Part shown: positions 1 through 7,873 of the stretch, piece after piece
Layout: each line of letters starts with the position of its first letter
Numbering within the stretch: position 1 is the stretch's first letter
From: Candidatus Zixiibacteriota bacterium
GTDB taxonomy: Bacteria; Zixibacteria; MSB-5A5; GN15; FEB-12
Length of the DNA: 24,422 nucleotides
Reading direction: 5' to 3'
Assembly: GCA_041742355.1 (NCBI GenBank)
Contig: JBGSIV010000044.1
Coordinates: 1-24,422, forward strand
Position numbers and translations under genes: made by a program
The notes under the pieces: generated by a model
The model's input: only the letters and a program-made list of their open reading frames with translations
The model's database searches: none
Told to the model about the DNA's origin: nothing

Positions 1-1478
1 GACGGAATTCGCTCGTTGGTTTGGACCTGGTTGATCAACGCCAGCTCCGCAAGGGGAATCGATGACGGATTGGCCCGGTTGAACTCTTCGATCGTCATCG
101 CCCGGTCGATCGTGACCATATCCACCCGCCGCGGATTCACATTAATGCGCGATTGATCTGTCAGCCTGGCAAAAGAACCGATCGCCCGGTTCATGTTGTC
201 CCGATAGGCATTCCATTGGGCGGCTGGCGTGTAACCGATTATCTGGAACACGTTGTCTCCGTATGTAACGAACGCGGCGGTTCCCTGGAGCTGGCCGCTT
301 TCGGTCTGCGCCGCGAAATTGGCACTGACTGCGCTCAGACCATTGATCTGAGTAGGCTGCGGAGATCCGCCAGTAATTCCCTGCTGCGTGAAGAACTGAC
401 GGGCCGCCTCCGCCGCCGACTGCCCCTGCGCCAACGCGAGTTGCAGGATGGCATCCTGCTGCTCCGACACGCCGACCACCCCCTGCTTCTGGTTTACCGT
501 CTGCCAACCGCTGGGGAAATTGAACTGGAAGCGCATCTCCGGGTGGTAAAAAGTCGTGCCGACAAAGTACCCCTCGCGTGGATCGGTGCCGTACACCAGC
601 CCGTCGATACGCCTCAGGTACTGCTCGCGCTCGACCAGCCGCCCCTCGAAATTCTGCGGCAGCGTATCAACCATCTTCTGGATGCGCGTTACACGGTCCT
701 CCGGCGCCGGATGGGTCGAAAGCCAGTTGGGGATCCGGCCGCTGCCCGAACCTTCGCTGATTCGCTGCAGTACGACAAACACGTCGTCCATGAGACGGGG
801 GTCATACCCGCCACTGTACATGTAGCGCAGCCCCAGCAGGTCTGACTCGCGCTCGTCATCCCGGCTGAACTTGAGAAACATGAGGCCCAGTCCCGCACCG
901 ATCAACTGGCCGTACTTCTGCACATCCGGCTCAATCAGGGTCGCACCGATCAATCCGATCTGCGTGAGCTGCTGCTTGCTCATCTGGTTCACGGAGTGTC
1001 GCGCCGTGACATGGCCGATCTCGTGCCCCAGCACGCCGGCCATCTCGGCTTCGTTCTCCATGTGGTAGAGCATGCCCCGGGTAATGTAGATGAACCCGCC
1101 CGGCAGCGCGAACGCATTCACCGTCGGATCATCGACCACGCGGAATGTCCACGGAAGATCCGTGCGCTCCGTCTTGCGGGCAAGACTCTCGCCGACCCGC
1201 TGCACATATTGCTGGAGCGCCGAGTCCGGGACAAAACCCAGCTGCGCCTGGATCGCCTGGTGCGCCTCACGGCCCATCTGGATTTCCTGCGATGTCGAAT
1301 ATAACGAGAGCGACTCCTTGCCGGTCGCGGGATTCGTGTAGCAGGCCGTTACTAGGTAACCCGCCGAACTGCTGATGACCGCCAGAACCGCCAGCAGCCA
1401 AAACGTTCGCTTTACGAAGAAGCGTGAGGACGGAGGATACGGCGATCCTTGGGGACGGAATGATCGACCGGCATCCAT
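1..1478 (-). CDS. M48-family Zn metallopeptidase lipoprotein (BepA/YfgC/LoiP-like) with a long C-terminal extension; partial, 3' end beyond the window
   Basis: Not in the ORF track because it has no stop codon in the window. Manual translation from ATG 1478 (SD AAAGGAG at 1486-1492) stays open to position 1. It reads MDAGRSF...WLLAVLAVISSSAGYLVTAC (lipobox) YTNPATGKESL...NAFALPGG...GVLGHEIGHVTARH (HExxH, ~1012-1026)...FSRDDERESD...WLSTHP, all M48 hallmarks. Confidence 0.92.
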   Translation of the reverse strand, partial: MDAGRSFRPQGSPYPPSSRFFVKRTFWLLAVLAVISSSAGYLVTACYTNPATGKESLSLYSTSQEIQMGREAHQAIQAQLGFVPDSALQQYVQRVGESLARKTERTDLPWTFRVVDDPTVNAFALPGGFIYITRGMLYHMENEAEMAGVLGHEIGHVTARHSVNQMSKQQLTQIGLIGATLIEPDVQKYGQLIGAGLGLMFLKFSRDDERESDLLGLRYMYSGGYDPRLMDDVFVVLQRISEGSGSGRIPNWLSTHPAPEDRVTRIQKMVDTLPQNFEGRLVEREQYLRRIDGLVYGTDPREGYFVGTTFYHPEMRFQFNFPSGWQTVNQKQGVVGVSEQQDAILQLALAQGQSAAEAARQFFTQQGITGGSPQPTQINGLSAVSANFAAQTESGQLQGTAAFVTYGDNVFQIIGYTPAAQWNAYRDNMNRAIGSFARLTDQSRINVNPRRVDMVTIDRAMTIEEFNRANPSSIPLAELALINQVQTNERIP

Positions 1479-1524
1479 ATCGGGACTCCTTTCAAATCGA
1501 TGTTATCTGTTATCAGTATCCATA

Positions 1525-1553
1525 ACACTACGCTGCTCACGACAGTTCGTCAA
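1525..1553 (-). promoter_or_regulatory. Putative sigma70 promoter for the M48 peptidase gene
   Basis: Minus strand reads TTGACG-N17-TAGTGT, ending about 47 nt upstream of the ATG, in an AT-richer intergenic stretch. Confidence 0.5.
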
Positions 1554-1600
1554 GTTTCAAGATCCGTCCCCGGGTCCGGAGGACCTCCCGCCGAAGCTGC

Positions 1601-3394
1601 CTAAAATGCCTGCCCCATGCTGAGGTGGAATTCGAAATCGTCTTCCTCCCCCCTCGGCGCAGGGTTGAAGCCGATGTCGAGCCGGGCAATTCCGATGGGC
1701 GTTGTGACCCGGACTCCGCTGCCGACGCCGTAGCGGAGGCTGTTAAACTGATAACTCCGGACTTTGGTCCAGACATTCCCGAAGTCGAAAAAGCCCACGA
1801 CCCCGATCCACCGCCATACACCCTGGCGGAATTCAATGTTCCCCACCGCGCGAACCTGACCGCCGATGGGAACCCCCAGAGTGTCCAGCGGCCCGACACG
1901 CTGGTACTCAAACGCCCGGATGGTGTTGGCTCCACCCGTGAAGAACAGCTCCTGTATGGGAATACCGCCCGAGCCGCCGAATATGTCCATCCAGCCCACT
2001 TCGAGCGCCGTCGCCAGGACTGTCCGCGGCCTCAGCGGATGGAAGTAACGGGCTCCGACGATAGCCCGGTTGAATGCATCGGTGCCGTTGAGAAAGGCGC
2101 CTGCCAGCTCGTAGGTTACTTGCGCAAACCAACCCTCTGACGGATCGAACAGGTTATCGCGGGAATCACGGGTGAATCCGAGCGTGATGCTCCGGATCCT
2201 TGGATCGAAATCCTCCGGCAGATCGCTCGTGTTGATGTGCCTGAGCCGCTGGTTCTCGTAACGGAAACGGACCAGGACATTGCTTCGCTCACCAAACTTC
2301 CGCCCTACCGTAAGCAGGCCGCCGTAGCGGCTGACGTCAAACCCCGGTTCGTCCATGTAGCTGAACAGGAGACTGACGTCAGTCTGAAAGCGGGTGCCGA
2401 ACGTCCGCGGCTCAGTGAACGCACCCTCTACACGGCGCTCGAGAAAATTGGCCTCGGTAATGATGCCCGCTTGCCGCCCTGTTCCGGCGAGATTGTTGGC
2501 CGAGATCTCCGCCCGCCCGCGCACCTTTTCCGCCGAACCGTAACCGGCCGACACCTGGATGATCGAGTTCTTCTTCTCGCCCACCTCCACGACCACAGTC
2601 CGTTGGCCGACGCTGTCATCGGGCTGCCGCACGGGATTGATGTATACGCTGCTGAACAGACCGGTCAGGTAGATCTGTCGCTGCGACTGACCGAGGGCAG
2701 AGTAAGAGACCACTTGCCCGCGAGCGAATGTCAGCTCACGCCGGACGACCGAGGTATCGGTCTTCCTGAGCCCGCGGATCTCGATATCCGAGATCACCAT
2801 CTGCCGCCCCTCCTCGATCACCAGGTCAATCAGCACACGGTGGACATCCTCATTGACCTTGGTACGAGGGGTGACCGAGGCCTCGAGGTAGCCGCTGTCG
2901 GCATACAGCGATGCAATTGCCATGAGCCCCTCCTGCAGTATCCGGCGATTGTACGGGGAGCCTGCCGTGAGATCGATGAAGCTGTACAGGGTCGAATCGG
3001 TGAACGCGGTGTTACCAAACAGCGAGATTGCTTCAACCGCGGTCAGGGGACCTTCGTCCACGGTTATCGCTATCCGCACATTGTGATCGGCGGTATCACG
3101 CGTAACCTGGGTGTCGACTACTTGCGCACCGAGGTACCCGTTGGACTGGTAAAAGTCGATGAGGTTGGTGAGGTCGGATCGGAAGAGGCCGGGACGGTAC
3201 TTATTCGACTTGAACCACCCGCCCGGACGGGTGACCATCAGATTCTTCAGTTCATCGTCCTCGAACGCCTCATTCCCCGTAATCTCCAGGTTCTCGACAG
3301 TCCAATGTGAATCTGCCCCACGATCCTGCGCCATCGCCGCTGCGGCCATGAAAATCAACAGCACTACCAGGGGCGGCAGTCGGAGGACCATCAT
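1601..3394 (-). CDS. Omp85-family outer-membrane protein (TamA/BamA-type; about 3 POTRA domains plus beta-barrel)
   Basis: 597 aa with a signal peptide. Repeated POTRA signatures (I.I.GN..F, Y...GY...V, I.EG), loop-6 motif GGANTIRAF (VRGF-like), GIARLDIG, and C-terminal MGQAF. Its ATG overlaps the upstream stop (ATGA, 3391-3394). Confidence 0.9.
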   Translation of the reverse strand: MMVLRLPPLVVLLIFMAAAAMAQDRGADSHWTVENLEITGNEAFEDDELKNLMVTRPGGWFKSNKYRPGLFRSDLTNLIDFYQSNGYLGAQVVDTQVTRDTADHNVRIAITVDEGPLTAVEAISLFGNTAFTDSTLYSFIDLTAGSPYNRRILQEGLMAIASLYADSGYLEASVTPRTKVNEDVHRVLIDLVIEEGRQMVISDIEIRGLRKTDTSVVRRELTFARGQVVSYSALGQSQRQIYLTGLFSSVYINPVRQPDDSVGQRTVVVEVGEKKNSIIQVSAGYGSAEKVRGRAEISANNLAGTGRQAGIITEANFLERRVEGAFTEPRTFGTRFQTDVSLLFSYMDEPGFDVSRYGGLLTVGRKFGERSNVLVRFRYENQRLRHINTSDLPEDFDPRIRSITLGFTRDSRDNLFDPSEGWFAQVTYELAGAFLNGTDAFNRAIVGARYFHPLRPRTVLATALEVGWMDIFGGSGGIPIQELFFTGGANTIRAFEYQRVGPLDTLGVPIGGQVRAVGNIEFRQGVWRWIGVVGFFDFGNVWTKVRSYQFNSLRYGVGSGVRVTTPIGIARLDIGFNPAPRGEEDDFEFHLSMGQAF

Positions 3395-6300
3395 CGCATC
3401 CTCAGAATATAGGTGAGGTTAAGTGACGATCTCCCGCTGCGGTTGGTTGTTCCCTCGATCAGCCAGCGCCGGTGCAGTTGCCAGTATACCGAGATTCGCT
3501 GATCGTTGAGATGTCCAACGGTCGTGCGATACTCGAGGGTCACATCCTCGGAAACTCGCTCGGAAGCGATGAGCTCCGGCCCGGTCGTATCGTTGACATC
3601 GAAGATGTTCCCCGAAACGGAAACGCGGTCGAGACCGAGCAGATCCCCCACTTGCTCGGACGCGAATCCGGAAATCTGCTGACTCGCAATCGCTCCCGCT
3701 CGCTCCTCCAGAATATCCCCCGTCTGACCAGCCAATTCGCCCCGCGTGGCGCCGAGCGTGAGCACGGCCACGACATCGGGCTGTGTCAGCGGCGGCTCCG
3801 AGGTCAGCTCTACTGTCGGGTCCTGCAGACGCCCCGTGATCGCCAGCGTGATATCGTATGTCGTCGGCTCGGTCTGCCGGTACGAGGTAACCTCGGTCTC
3901 GGCCCGTAGCGAGAGCTCGGGGTTTATCTGGCTCGGATCGGTGAAGAAGGCCACACCTTCGGTCACATCGAATTTGCGGTCGAGGTAGAGGACATAACCA
4001 TCTTCGGTGGAAAGCCGCCCCGACACCTGCGGCTGCGCCATGAAGCCCTGGAATTGCAGCTCGGCATTCGCACGGAGATTGGCGAGGTTGTTGTCAATCC
4101 AGAGGCTGTCGCTGCCGGTGAGGCGAATATCCAGGCGGGTCCGGGCAAGAAAGACCGGCAGTTCCGTCTCGACCGCCTGAACCTCCTGCGTCCAGGGCAA
4201 AATGGCCGTCGGTTGAAAGTTCTCAGTATACCGGCTCTCGCCGAGATCGACCACCCCCTGCAGCAGAAAGTAGTCGCCGGGATGCTGGTAGGTGAAACCG
4301 ATAGAATCAATCACCACCTCGGTATTGTCCATCGCGGTGAAATCGAGGTTGCGGCCCGACACCCGCAAATCGATATCGGTGACACCGCTCGTGTCGAAGC
4401 TCAACGCCCCGGATCCGGTCACTGAGCCGTCCTTCATCTGCGCCGATAGCGAATCAATGACCGCGCTGTCGCCCGTGAAACTCGCTGCGAAGTAACCTCC
4501 GGTGAACGGCTCGTCGATAATGGTCGGCTTGAGCGTGACACTCCGCGCTGCTATGCGCCCATCCACAGCCGGCGCCTTGGCCGTGCCGGTGATTTCGATC
4601 TGCCCGGTGAGTACACCTTCAAGACGCTCGACATTGGGAACGAACGGCTGCAACACTTCCAGGTCGAGACTGTCCACCCGGGCCGTGAAGTCGAGCCGCT
4701 CCCGGGAAAGCGTGCCTTCGGCGATAACTGCCGGGAACTCGCCCACTGTTACCGCAAGGTCGGTTCTGATCCGTTCCCCCTCGACCAGGGTAAGTGATCC
4801 GGCTATGCTCAGAGGACGTCCGGCGATCCGGGCGCCGACGGTATCCAGCACGAGTGTCGAGTCCCGCACTGACCCAACCACCACGATGTCCTCGACCACT
4901 TGTTCTTCTTCGGCCGTGATCCAGGCATACCGCCCCGACCGAAGACCCAGGCTGCCACGAACCATCGGATCCGATGCAGTGCCGCTCCACTCGATGTCGG
5001 CGTCCGCGGTACCTGCCAGCGAGGTCCCCTCCGGAAGGAACGGCTGCAGCCGGCTGACATCGAAACCGTTCAACCGCACGGAGCCTTCCAGGCGGCTCTG
5101 CGCCGCCACGGTCAGGTTGCCGGCGGTATCCGCCGCCAACAGCACGCGCCCGCTCGCCAGCGCCGACTGATCTGCGACATACGCCGCCAGGTTCTCCACG
5201 ACCACCAGACCGTCGTTGAGAGCCGCGGCGATTCGGATGGAGTCGAGCGCAAAGTCCTGGTATCGGGTGCTGTCAACAGCCAGAATCAGATCCCCCTGCC
5301 AGGACAGCATCGCATCTGTCAGCCCGCCGGCCGAAACCGAAAACCGCGCGGTCCCGCCCAGTGCCAGCGAATCGTCAGTGAACGCCTCAAGTGCCGAGAG
5401 ATCGTAAATCGTTCCTTCAGCGCTGCCGGCCACGAGCCCGGTCGTGTCGACCCCACGAAACTCGGATTCAATCTGCGCGATCAACCCTTTGGTTTCCAGC
5501 CTGCCATTTCCACCATCACCGTTACTCCCGAGGGTCGCCACTCCCTCCCGGATATCCGCACTCACTTGGCCCACTCGGGTCGCAAGGTTGTATGCTCCCT
5601 CTCCCAGGAGGACAAGACCTTCCGCCGCCGCTATGAGGCTGTCGACCACCGCTTGTTCGCCACTCAGGTCGATTTGGGCAATGACCGAATCGACGGACAT
5701 GCTGCCGTAGCGCATATGATGCATATCAACTTGCACATCACCTGACAGAGAATCCAGGCGTCCGCTTACCTCGGCCCGGTATTGGATAGCCCCCAGCAGC
5801 GAATCCACCCCGAGGAGCGGTTGCTCAACCGATTGGGACGCCGCTCCGCCCTGCACGATCAGGCGATTCACGAACAGGCTGCTGTCAGCCCACCGAACCG
5901 TTGCATCCAGCGTGTCCGCCGGTATCCCGTTGACCTCGATCCCCGCGCCGGTAATGGTTGCCGCAACCGATGGGTTGGTGAAGCTCCCACCCAGAGCCGC
6001 CTCGGCCTGCAACGAACCCTGCGCCTGTTCGAGGTTTAGCCAAGCCGCGAGCGGTTCCAGATCCCGAACATCTACGCTGAGCGTTCCGTCGAGGGCGCTG
6101 TCGGCGATATTGACATCAGCGGTAACAGTGAGTTCCTCCTGCCAAATTTCTGCTTTGGCCCGGCTCTCCCGCAGGCTTATGTTCACATCGAGGTCACGCA
6201 GCGGCGCTGAGTTGTACGAGAGGTTTGTGGCTCGCAGATCGGTTGTCACATCCCACCGTGTCCAATCATTGCCGTTCATCTCTATTGTTGCACGGCCGCT

Positions 6301-7470
6301 CATTTCCCCCCGGTGAGCGGATGCCGAGTCAGAGACGGCCCGGATAACTTCCTGCACATCGACAGATTTGACCAGAATCTCGACTCGGCCATTGAGGATC
6401 GAATCGATCGCCAGGCCTCCCGCAGCGGAAATTGCTCCGCCCAGGGTCTGCGCGTAGAGCGAATCGAGCATGAGCGTATCTGCGGTCACCCGCGCCCGCA
6501 GGAAGCCATCCCGGACAGTCGCCTGCTTGGTCCGAATTGCCGGCATTTGGATCCGAATCAGCGCCTGCGGTGACGTTTGATTGCCTGTTACTTCGGCCCG
6601 GGCTTCGACCGGCCCCTCCGCTGCCAGATCGGGCAAGTCGAAGTTGCCGCCTATCGAGGCGACCAGTCCCGATGGATCGCCGCTCAAAGTAGCGGTGGCT
6701 GCATACTGACCCTGTTCATCAATCGGGATCGACCCCGCAACCGCAAGTTGCAGTTGCTCCAAAGTGAAGGAGAGGGTGTCGATCATCACGGCACTGTCTG
6801 TCCACCGGCCCGCGCCGGTCAACCGGATCTCCTCAGACCAGTAACCCCCATACTCGATCATCCCCGGTTCGCTTCTGACGGAGAAAGTCATGGCTTCAGA
6901 CCCGGTCGTATCAGTCTGCAGCGATACGCCCGGGAGCCGCGCATTGAAGTCCATGGTCCGATCAACGTAACCCGCATCCAGCCGGCGAACCTCAATCGGC
7001 CCGAGTTCCACACTAAACCCCCCGGCCGTATCAGCGTCAGCCGAGTCGGATGCCAGCGCCAGCGAATCCAGCAGCGGCATGTTGTAGCCCTGAGCTGAAT
7101 CATGGACGACTACTATCTCGGCACTGTCGAGCCGCGCCGATTCAATGGCCAGCTTCTGCCGCAACAAGGGCCAAAGGCGGTAGTGCACCTCGATCTCGTT
7201 GATGAAAACCCCGCCCGAATCCGGTTCCCGGGCAGGGATACGCACGTCTTCAAGCCGGATCCGCGAGAGGAGGTTGGTTTCGAACTCTCCCACCTCGACC
7301 GGCTGATACAGCGCGCTCGACAACTGATCCTCGATTATCCCCCTGACTACGCGTTCGCCCGGGGGGAGTGTTACCACAACCAGGGCCGCGATGACCAGCA
7401 GGAGCACGCTACCGACACCGACAAGGCCAATGGTGAGGACTCGCCGGCCTGTGGATTTCCGCCGTGCCAC
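3391..7470 (-). CDS. tamB: Translocation and assembly module TamB / AsmA-like protein (C-terminal DUF490-like region)
   Basis: 1359 aa with GTG start and a basic N-terminus followed by one TM anchor. The body is a long repetitive beta-rich region with recurring G...P.V.G motifs. The C-terminus is DUF490-like (NPELSLRAE, ITGRLQDPTVELTSEPPL). Translationally coupled to an Omp85 gene. Confidence 0.85.
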   Translation of the reverse strand: MARRKSTGRRVLTIGLVGVGSVLLLVIAALVVVTLPPGERVVRGIIEDQLSSALYQPVEVGEFETNLLSRIRLEDVRIPAREPDSGGVFINEIEVHYRLWPLLRQKLAIESARLDSAEIVVVHDSAQGYNMPLLDSLALASDSADADTAGGFSVELGPIEVRRLDAGYVDRTMDFNARLPGVSLQTDTTGSEAMTFSVRSEPGMIEYGGYWSEEIRLTGAGRWTDSAVMIDTLSFTLEQLQLAVAGSIPIDEQGQYAATATLSGDPSGLVASIGGNFDLPDLAAEGPVEARAEVTGNQTSPQALIRIQMPAIRTKQATVRDGFLRARVTADTLMLDSLYAQTLGGAISAAGGLAIDSILNGRVEILVKSVDVQEVIRAVSDSASAHRGEMSGRATIEMNGNDWTRWDVTTDLRATNLSYNSAPLRDLDVNISLRESRAKAEIWQEELTVTADVNIADSALDGTLSVDVRDLEPLAAWLNLEQAQGSLQAEAALGGSFTNPSVAATITGAGIEVNGIPADTLDATVRWADSSLFVNRLIVQGGAASQSVEQPLLGVDSLLGAIQYRAEVSGRLDSLSGDVQVDMHHMRYGSMSVDSVIAQIDLSGEQAVVDSLIAAAEGLVLLGEGAYNLATRVGQVSADIREGVATLGSNGDGGNGRLETKGLIAQIESEFRGVDTTGLVAGSAEGTIYDLSALEAFTDDSLALGGTARFSVSAGGLTDAMLSWQGDLILAVDSTRYQDFALDSIRIAAALNDGLVVVENLAAYVADQSALASGRVLLAADTAGNLTVAAQSRLEGSVRLNGFDVSRLQPFLPEGTSLAGTADADIEWSGTASDPMVRGSLGLRSGRYAWITAEEEQVVEDIVVVGSVRDSTLVLDTVGARIAGRPLSIAGSLTLVEGERIRTDLAVTVGEFPAVIAEGTLSRERLDFTARVDSLDLEVLQPFVPNVERLEGVLTGQIEITGTAKAPAVDGRIAARSVTLKPTIIDEPFTGGYFAASFTGDSAVIDSLSAQMKDGSVTGSGALSFDTSGVTDIDLRVSGRNLDFTAMDNTEVVIDSIGFTYQHPGDYFLLQGVVDLGESRYTENFQPTAILPWTQEVQAVETELPVFLARTRLDIRLTGSDSLWIDNNLANLRANAELQFQGFMAQPQVSGRLSTEDGYVLYLDRKFDVTEGVAFFTDPSQINPELSLRAETEVTSYRQTEPTTYDITLAITGRLQDPTVELTSEPPLTQPDVVAVLTLGATRGELAGQTGDILEERAGAIASQQISGFASEQVGDLLGLDRVSVSGNIFDVNDTTGPELIASERVSEDVTLEYRTTVGHLNDQRISVYWQLHRRWLIEGTTNRSGRSSLNLTYILRMR

Positions 7471-7599
7471 TACAGGTTATAACTGAGAATCGCCCGAATT
7501 GTTTGAAACGACCGTGGTTCCATCGCTATGAGCTTGCGCGACCGCCAGATTACTTCGTCCATCCGGTCAATTCGCCGGAAACTGGTGAAGCAAAAGGAT

Positions 7600-7616
7600 A
7601 TAATCGGTCCAATTAT
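7600..7616. promoter_or_regulatory. Palindromic operator-like site in the tamB/aceE divergent region
   Basis: ATAATCGG-T-CCAATTAT: 7 of 8 arm positions are complementary, and it is AT-rich in a GC-rich background. Confidence 0.45.
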
Positions 7617-7651
7617 CCCGCCAGAACACGGCCCGTTTTGGCAGAAACATC

Positions 7652-7680
7652 TTGATTGAGTCGTTGTTCTCTTATATGTT
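7652..7680 (+). promoter_or_regulatory. Putative sigma70 promoter of the aceE-aceF-lpdA operon
   Basis: TTGATT (7652-7657)-N17-TATGTT (7675-7680). The predicted start site near 7686 gives a leader of about 190 nt. Confidence 0.5.
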
Positions 7681-7684
7681 CGAA

Positions 7685-7780
7685 TTCGTCGGCTGAGAAG
7701 AACCGTCTCAGGCATCTGCCGAGTGCAGGCCGACGGAACGGCGGTCCCCGGGAGGATCTCGCACATCGCCCCGCCGTTTT
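7685..7780 (+). ncRNA. Candidate structured cis-regulatory leader RNA upstream of aceE
   Basis: Nested inverted repeats CGTCGGC/GCCGACG enclose TGAGA/TCTCA and GCA/TGC, followed by an AACGGCGG/CCGCCGTT hairpin ending in TTTT. It matches no family I can name. Confidence 0.3.
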
Positions 7781-7873
7781 GCACGCGAACCGGGTTTCCC
7801 TCACCGGACATTCGACGGGAACCGATCCGCCGCAGGCAGATCCCTTGTGCAATTCCGAGAGAAAGGCATGGAT

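Noticed and set aside
153..1341. Plus-strand ORFs, including 153..845 (230 aa)
   Set aside because: They are antisense shadows of the M48 peptidase gene, which occupies this region on the minus strand with clear motifs.
1625..7482. Long antisense ORFs over the Omp85 and tamB genes (2237..3310, 4900..5745 and others)
   Set aside because: No motifs or SD sequences. Long open antisense frames are expected from high-GC codon usage.
7691..7715. TPP riboswitch (GCTGAGA...GAACC) or glycine riboswitch (TCTCAGG) call
   Set aside because: Only isolated words match. The TPP CTGAT/TAAT/AGCG core and the glycine GGAGA/CCGAAG elements are absent, so it is kept only as an unnamed candidate leader.
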